From: Bacteroidota bacterium
Lineage (GTDB): Bacteria; Bacteroidota; JABWAT01
NCBI GenBank assembly: GCA_020161835.1
Contig: JAIUNL010000012.1
Span: 35,081 to 99,080 of the forward strand
Length of the DNA stretch: 64,000 bases
Direction: 5' to 3'
Shown piece after piece: positions 59,630 through 64,000 of this stretch. Position numbers and translations under genes: made by a program. Every line of letters begins with the position of its first letter. Position 1 is the stretch's first letter. The notes under the pieces are model-generated. The model saw nothing but the letters and a program-made list of their open reading frames with translations. It was not told the DNA's origin and searched no databases.

Positions 59630-60058
59630 TTGAACGAAAATGACAGCAACAATCAGGTTCTGAATAAGGCACCAATTACAAAAGATGATTTTATTCTGAA
59701 AGGAATATCCGCTTTTCAGAATCAAGAGTATTTCGAAGCCCATGACTTTTTTGAGGAAGCCTGGCAGGAGATGACCGGTTCAGATAAAATTGTCTGGCAG
59801 GCTATTATTCAGCTCACCGTTTCATTTTACCACTTTTCATCAGAAAACCGGAAAGGTGCTGTTGGACTTGCAAAAAAGGCCTCAGATAAATTAAACAGTC
59901 TGCCTGAAACCTTTCATCCGCAAGAAATTGCCAGGTTAAAAAGACTGGCTGTAAAATGGAAAGAAAGTGTGAATTTTAAAGAGACTGCCACGATTCCGGA
60001 GGATATAATCAGAGAAATGAAAAAGTTTCTGGTTCCGGGTTTTCTGTCAGTTCAGTAA
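59630..60058 (+). CDS. DUF309-domain protein
   Basis: YFEAHDFFEEAWQ motif. An apparent TTG start is required to retain the motif. Confidence 0.65.
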   Translation: MNENDSNNQVLNKAPITKDDFILKGISAFQNQEYFEAHDFFEEAWQEMTGSDKIVWQAIIQLTVSFYHFSSENRKGAVGLAKKASDKLNSLPETFHPQEIARLKRLAVKWKESVNFKETATIPEDIIREMKKFLVPGFLSVQ

Positions 60059-60184
60059 CATAAATGTCATTTTCCTCTTTTTAACCGGATATGAATTTTT
60101 GATAAGCTGAGAATAATTCTATTTTTACACCATGACAGTACCACAATTATCTTTCCTGCCTTGTTTTCTTCTGGTCATTCAGAA

Positions 60185-61063
60185 ATGAAAATCCCTTCTT
60201 TTATTTCAAGACTTATCCTCGATAAAGAGGGTGATTTTAGATATGAAACCATTTTGGTTGCTTTCTGGCTCGGAAGTATTCTGCTTTCAATGGTATTTGT
60301 TCTCCTTTTTTCAGTTGTTTTCTTCCTGTCAGACAGTGTACTGATGAAAAAACTGATTATTTTTCAAAGTATTTTGCTTGGGTTTTTATCGGGTACATTC
60401 GCAGCCTGGTATTTTTTCTCTAAAAAAACAGAATTAACAATTAATCTTGGCTTGACCAACTGGAAATGGTTAAAACTGTTGAAGGGATTTATTGTCAGCA
60501 GTCTGGCCGTTCTTCTTCTTTTTTCAATTGGTTGGGGACTTGGCTGGGTTGATATTGTACCACAATGGAATCTTGTTCCGTTCGGTTTGATGGTACAGGG
60601 AACAGGTACCCTGGTTTTTCTTACCTTAATACCAACGATAACTGAAGAATTGATGTTCAGAGGTTTTCCGCTTCAGGTTAATTTAACCCGGAATGATCGG
60701 CTGTACCGCATTGTCTTGCTCTCTGCTATTTTTAGCTTGCTGCATTTCAGTGTTTCAGGCGTTACCCCGCTGAGTTATCTCTCGTTTTTCCTTTTAGGTG
60801 TCTGGTTTTCGATGGGAAATCTGGCTGAAGGAACGGTTTGGTATTCAACAGGATTACATTTTGGATGGAATTATATGCAAACTGCCATATTTGGCTTGTC
60901 TGCAAAAGAAATGGGTATTCCCGGTCAGTCTGTTTTCACTGTTTCCTTTCCCGTTGAAAGCAATCCTTTCCTGATCGGAAACTCACACGGACTTGAAAAT
61001 GGTCTTGTAACCATTGGCTTAATCGGACTTTTTATTCTGACTGAAAAATTTCGGATTTCATGA
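60185..61063 (+). CDS. CPBP-family intramembrane glutamic endopeptidase (CAAX protease-like)
   Basis: TEELMFRGF (EExxxR) and FSLLHF (FxxxH) motifs. Start at ATG 60185. Confidence 0.8.
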   Translation: MKIPSFISRLILDKEGDFRYETILVAFWLGSILLSMVFVLLFSVVFFLSDSVLMKKLIIFQSILLGFLSGTFAAWYFFSKKTELTINLGLTNWKWLKLLKGFIVSSLAVLLLFSIGWGLGWVDIVPQWNLVPFGLMVQGTGTLVFLTLIPTITEELMFRGFPLQVNLTRNDRLYRIVLLSAIFSLLHFSVSGVTPLSYLSFFLLGVWFSMGNLAEGTVWYSTGLHFGWNYMQTAIFGLSAKEMGIPGQSVFTVSFPVESNPFLIGNSHGLENGLVTIGLIGLFILTEKFRIS

Positions 61064-62181
61064 CTCTTCTAACTTTTCTTTTTCTTTTTACAGGTTCTTC
61101 ACTTTTTATCCCGCCAGATACAGATGGGTTAAAAAAAGGTATTGAACAGATTTACCAAACCAACTTTACAGAAGCAACAACTGTTTTTAAAACGTACCAA
61201 AAACGATTTCCAAACCGGCCTGAAGGATACTTTCTTGAATCAATGGTCGTTTGGTGGAAGGTCTTGCTTCAAGTTGATTCAGAACAGGCCGATTCTCAGT
61301 TTTATAGCTCAATTGATAAAACAATCGCCAGACTTGAAGAGTTGTCAAACGCAAACAGAAACCGTCAGGTGGCAGATTATTATATCGCAGGTTCTTACGG
61401 TTTTAAGGCAAGGCTGCTCGCCATTCGTGAAAAGTGGTTAGGTGCAGCAAACAACGGGCGGTTGTCTTATCCGGTTCTGGCCAAAGGTCTTGCCGGAGAT
61501 TATGGATTTGTTGATGGGAAGTTTGGAACGGGAATATATCTGTACTATGCTGAACGGGTTCCTGAAAAATATCCGATTATTAAACCAATCATGGTCTTTT
61601 TTCCGGATGGTGACCGGTTAAAAGGATTGTCTCAGCTTGAAGAAGTCATGAATACCGGCTATTTCACAAAATATGAGGCGGCATGGTTTCTCATGCAGAT
61701 TTACCTCAATTTTGAATCAGATTTTGAAAAAGCCCGGATTATCGGTGAGAGATTATATAATCAGTTTCCCAAAAACCCTGCAATTCAGCTGAACTATGGA
61801 AATGCTTTGTTCAGAACCGGAAAAGTTGATCAGGCTAAAGAGGTTTTTGAGAACTATTTAACGTCCATTGAGGCAGGAAAACCTTATTTTTGGCCCTATC
61901 AGCGTGTGCAATGTTCTTACTTTCTCGGTGCTATCATTCAAAGAGAAAAAAAGCCTGAACAGGCGCTTGCCTTTTATGAAGCTGCAATTGAAAATTATGG
62001 AAAATCACCTAAAAAGTCTCAGCAGAGTTATTATATTGAATCTCTGCTTGAAGCCGGAAGTCTTTATCTCAGAACAGATAAGAAAACTAAAGCCCGTCAG
62101 AATTTTAATCTGGTGCTGAAATTTCCCAATCAGTTCAACTGGCATCAAAGAGCCCGTGAAGGGCTGAAACGACTCGGATAG
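61060..62181 (+). CDS. TPR-like repeat protein with a signal peptide
   Basis: Helical-repeat pattern (for example YGNALFRTGKVDQAKEVFENYL). ATGA overlap with the upstream gene. Confidence 0.55.
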   Translation: MTLLTFLFLFTGSSLFIPPDTDGLKKGIEQIYQTNFTEATTVFKTYQKRFPNRPEGYFLESMVVWWKVLLQVDSEQADSQFYSSIDKTIARLEELSNANRNRQVADYYIAGSYGFKARLLAIREKWLGAANNGRLSYPVLAKGLAGDYGFVDGKFGTGIYLYYAERVPEKYPIIKPIMVFFPDGDRLKGLSQLEEVMNTGYFTKYEAAWFLMQIYLNFESDFEKARIIGERLYNQFPKNPAIQLNYGNALFRTGKVDQAKEVFENYLTSIEAGKPYFWPYQRVQCSYFLGAIIQREKKPEQALAFYEAAIENYGKSPKKSQQSYYIESLLEAGSLYLRTDKKTKARQNFNLVLKFPNQFNWHQRAREGLKRLG

Positions 62182-62208
62182 TTCGGGTCAATCAACTGGA
62201 AAGAATTT

Positions 62209-62949
62209 ATGGATATTTTTTATCTGCTGCTCATGCTGGTTTCTATATCAGTGGCACAGTACATTGGCGGAATGCTGGTTTTAAAAGGAACCGGCTGGAT
62301 CAAATCTTCTCAGGAATATTTTTTAGCCCTGTCAGCCGGGTTTTTGCTTTCCCTCGCACTTGTCAATCTCATTCCTGAAGCTATTGAGCTCTCTGAAATG
62401 GCACCTTTTTATGTCATTCTCGGCTTCGGAATTCTTCATCTTTTCGAACATACGGTGTTCAGGCACATGCATTTTGGTGAAGAAAAACACTTCCATGATG
62501 TTAAAAAACTCTCCTTTGTTTTGCCAACTTTTGCCGGTCTGTTTATCCACACGATTTTTGACGGAATTGCACTTTCTGCTGTTTTCCTTCATGAATGGTC
62601 TTTGGGTGTGCTGGTCTTTCTGGGTCTGATGCTTCATAAACTACCAGAAGGACTCACAATTGCCTCTGTTACCATTGCTGCAAACATGAAACAGTCTTCG
62701 GGGCACAAAGTTGTTCTCATGCTGGCATCGGGTAGTTTTATTGGTTTGTTTATCGTCTTTTTTCTTGAAAAGATCAGTCCGGAATTGTCTGGCGGATTGC
62801 TAGGTTTTGCTGGTGGAATTGCACTTTATATCTGCACGGCTGATCTGATTCCGGAAGTGAATAAATCAAAAAAGAGACTTGTTCCTGTTACCCTTTTTGC
62901 AGGTATGTTTCTCTATTGGCTTATTGTTCAGATGTTTCACAGCCATTGA
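62209..62949 (+). CDS. ZIP-family metal transporter
   Basis: 8-TM pattern, with HKLPEGLTIA and His-rich loop HMHFGEEKHFH. Confidence 0.85.
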   Translation: MDIFYLLLMLVSISVAQYIGGMLVLKGTGWIKSSQEYFLALSAGFLLSLALVNLIPEAIELSEMAPFYVILGFGILHLFEHTVFRHMHFGEEKHFHDVKKLSFVLPTFAGLFIHTIFDGIALSAVFLHEWSLGVLVFLGLMLHKLPEGLTIASVTIAANMKQSSGHKVVLMLASGSFIGLFIVFFLEKISPELSGGLLGFAGGIALYICTADLIPEVNKSKKRLVPVTLFAGMFLYWLIVQMFHSH

Positions 62950-63013
62950 GTTTTTGCAACCTTTGCTGATTGACCTCCGTATGACTTTTAAAGATTAAAC
63001 CGGAGACAGCAAA

Positions 63014-63676
63014 ATGGAAAACATGACTATGCCAAATGAAACTGAAATGCCAAAACGCCTTTCACGTGATATGAACAACCGGGTCTTTGGAGGTGTCGCT
63101 TCAGGGCTCGCCAATTATTTTGCAATCGATCCTGTTTTAATCAGAATCCTTTTTATCATCACTGCATTTTCCGGTTTTGGAATTCTTGCCTATATCTTAC
63201 TTTGGATTTTTATGCCGGTAAGTACGCATATTTCTGTGGTTGCAGGTGAGCCAAAACTAAATGCTCAGTCAACCTCCTACGTTCATCGTTTTTTGGGTGT
63301 AGGTTTGATGCTGATTGGTGGATACTGGCTGATGGATAATCTTGAATTTTACTGGTTTGATACGTTTATTGAATCTGTTGAAGATTTTGCATTTCCATCA
63401 CTGCTGATACTTTCGGGCCTTGGCGTTTTGTATTTTTCTCTCAGAAAACCAAAGGAGGACTTTGAAATGGCACAAACTGAAGAACCCCGCAGACTTTTTC
63501 GTGTAATGAAAGAAAGAATGATCGCAGGTGTTTGTTCCGGTCTTGGATATTACTTCAAGGTGGATCCGGTTCTGGTCAGAATACTCTTCGTTATCAGCGT
63601 TTTCGTAAGCTTTGGAGCAACACTTTTGGTGTATCTGATTCTTGCACTTGTCATACCCAAAGATAACGGACTGTAA
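63014..63676 (+). CDS. Protein with two PspC domains
   Basis: RLSRDMNNRVFGGVASGLANYFAIDPVLIRILFII and RLFRVMKERMIAGVCSGLGYYFKVDPVLVRILFVI. Confidence 0.8.
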   Translation: MENMTMPNETEMPKRLSRDMNNRVFGGVASGLANYFAIDPVLIRILFIITAFSGFGILAYILLWIFMPVSTHISVVAGEPKLNAQSTSYVHRFLGVGLMLIGGYWLMDNLEFYWFDTFIESVEDFAFPSLLILSGLGVLYFSLRKPKEDFEMAQTEEPRRLFRVMKERMIAGVCSGLGYYFKVDPVLVRILFVISVFVSFGATLLVYLILALVIPKDNGL

Positions 63677-63677
63677 A

Positions 63678-64000
63678 ATGAACCGATTTCCAACAATCCC
63701 CTTTATCAGCATTTTGCTGATTATTATCGGCGGCGATCTCCTTTTTGACCGGCTAAATCTTTTATACACAACCTGGTATGAACTGCTGGGTACCATTCTG
63801 ATGGTTCAGGGTGTGTTGTTTCTGATCTACGGGATCCGGGATAAAAACAATTCTAAAACGGTTTCTGGTGTGATTTTATCTGGTGCCGGTGTTCTGTTTT
63901 TCTTTCCGGCAATTGTTGATCAGATTGACTGGGATTTTATTTGGGATAACCTGTTTACCTGGTGGCCGGCGGTTCTGATTCTGATCGGACTCTGGATTCT
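63678..64000 (+). CDS. Membrane protein, N-terminal part only (runs off the window end)
   Basis: My own translation from ATG 63678 gives MNRFPTIPFISILLIIIGGDLLFDRLNLLYTTWYELLGTILMVQGVLFLIYG. It is hydrophobic and sits 1 nt after the PspC stop. Confidence 0.5.
   Translation, partial: MNRFPTIPFISILLIIIGGDLLFDRLNLLYTTWYELLGTILMVQGVLFLIYGIRDKNNSKTVSGVILSGAGVLFFFPAIVDQIDWDFIWDNLFTWWPAVLILIGLWI

Overview
This 64-kb chromosomal segment is densely packed with about 62 protein-coding genes. Almost all lie on the + strand from about 11.5 kb onward. Gene content suggests, by inference only, an FCB-group bacterium (Ignavibacteria/Bacteroidota-like). The supporting features are a GldA/F/G-like ABC module with a DUF4340 protein, a FISUMP lipoprotein, the type-2 ileS-dksA/traR-lspA arrangement, and TAnnTTTG-like -7 motifs. 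Most genes are housekeeping: valS, ileS, ligA, relA/spoT, def-fmt-ssb, purF, ftsY, rimO, xerD, ggt, ruvX, plsC. I recognised no rRNA, tRNA, CRISPR array, transposase, phage gene or known defence gene.

The most unusual signals are:
1. The intergenic DNA is a mosaic of short hairpin modules (GTCA-stem-GAG...CGA-stem, and CACTGAG...TCGAAGTGC with covarying closing stems). These modules are flanked by degenerate tandem arrays with a strict 7-nt period that abut start and stop codons. Two copies of one element differ by exactly three in-register heptamers, and one copy encodes the C-terminal tail of LspA.
2. An orphan PduS-like/PduT-like pair (a flavin/Fe-S protein plus a tandem-BMC shell protein) has no other microcompartment genes in the window.
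3. A tight operon combines a thioredoxin-like 2Fe-2S ferredoxin, a double-length ThyX-like protein, a hot-dog-fold protein, an RsmB-type m5C RNA methyltransferase and a DUF309 protein.
4. A histidine-kinase-like protein with a degenerate ATP-lid is translationally coupled to the GldA/F/G-like ABC module.

I did not find a clear-cut new multi-gene system such as a defence island. All product calls rest on motif recognition by eye, not on searches.
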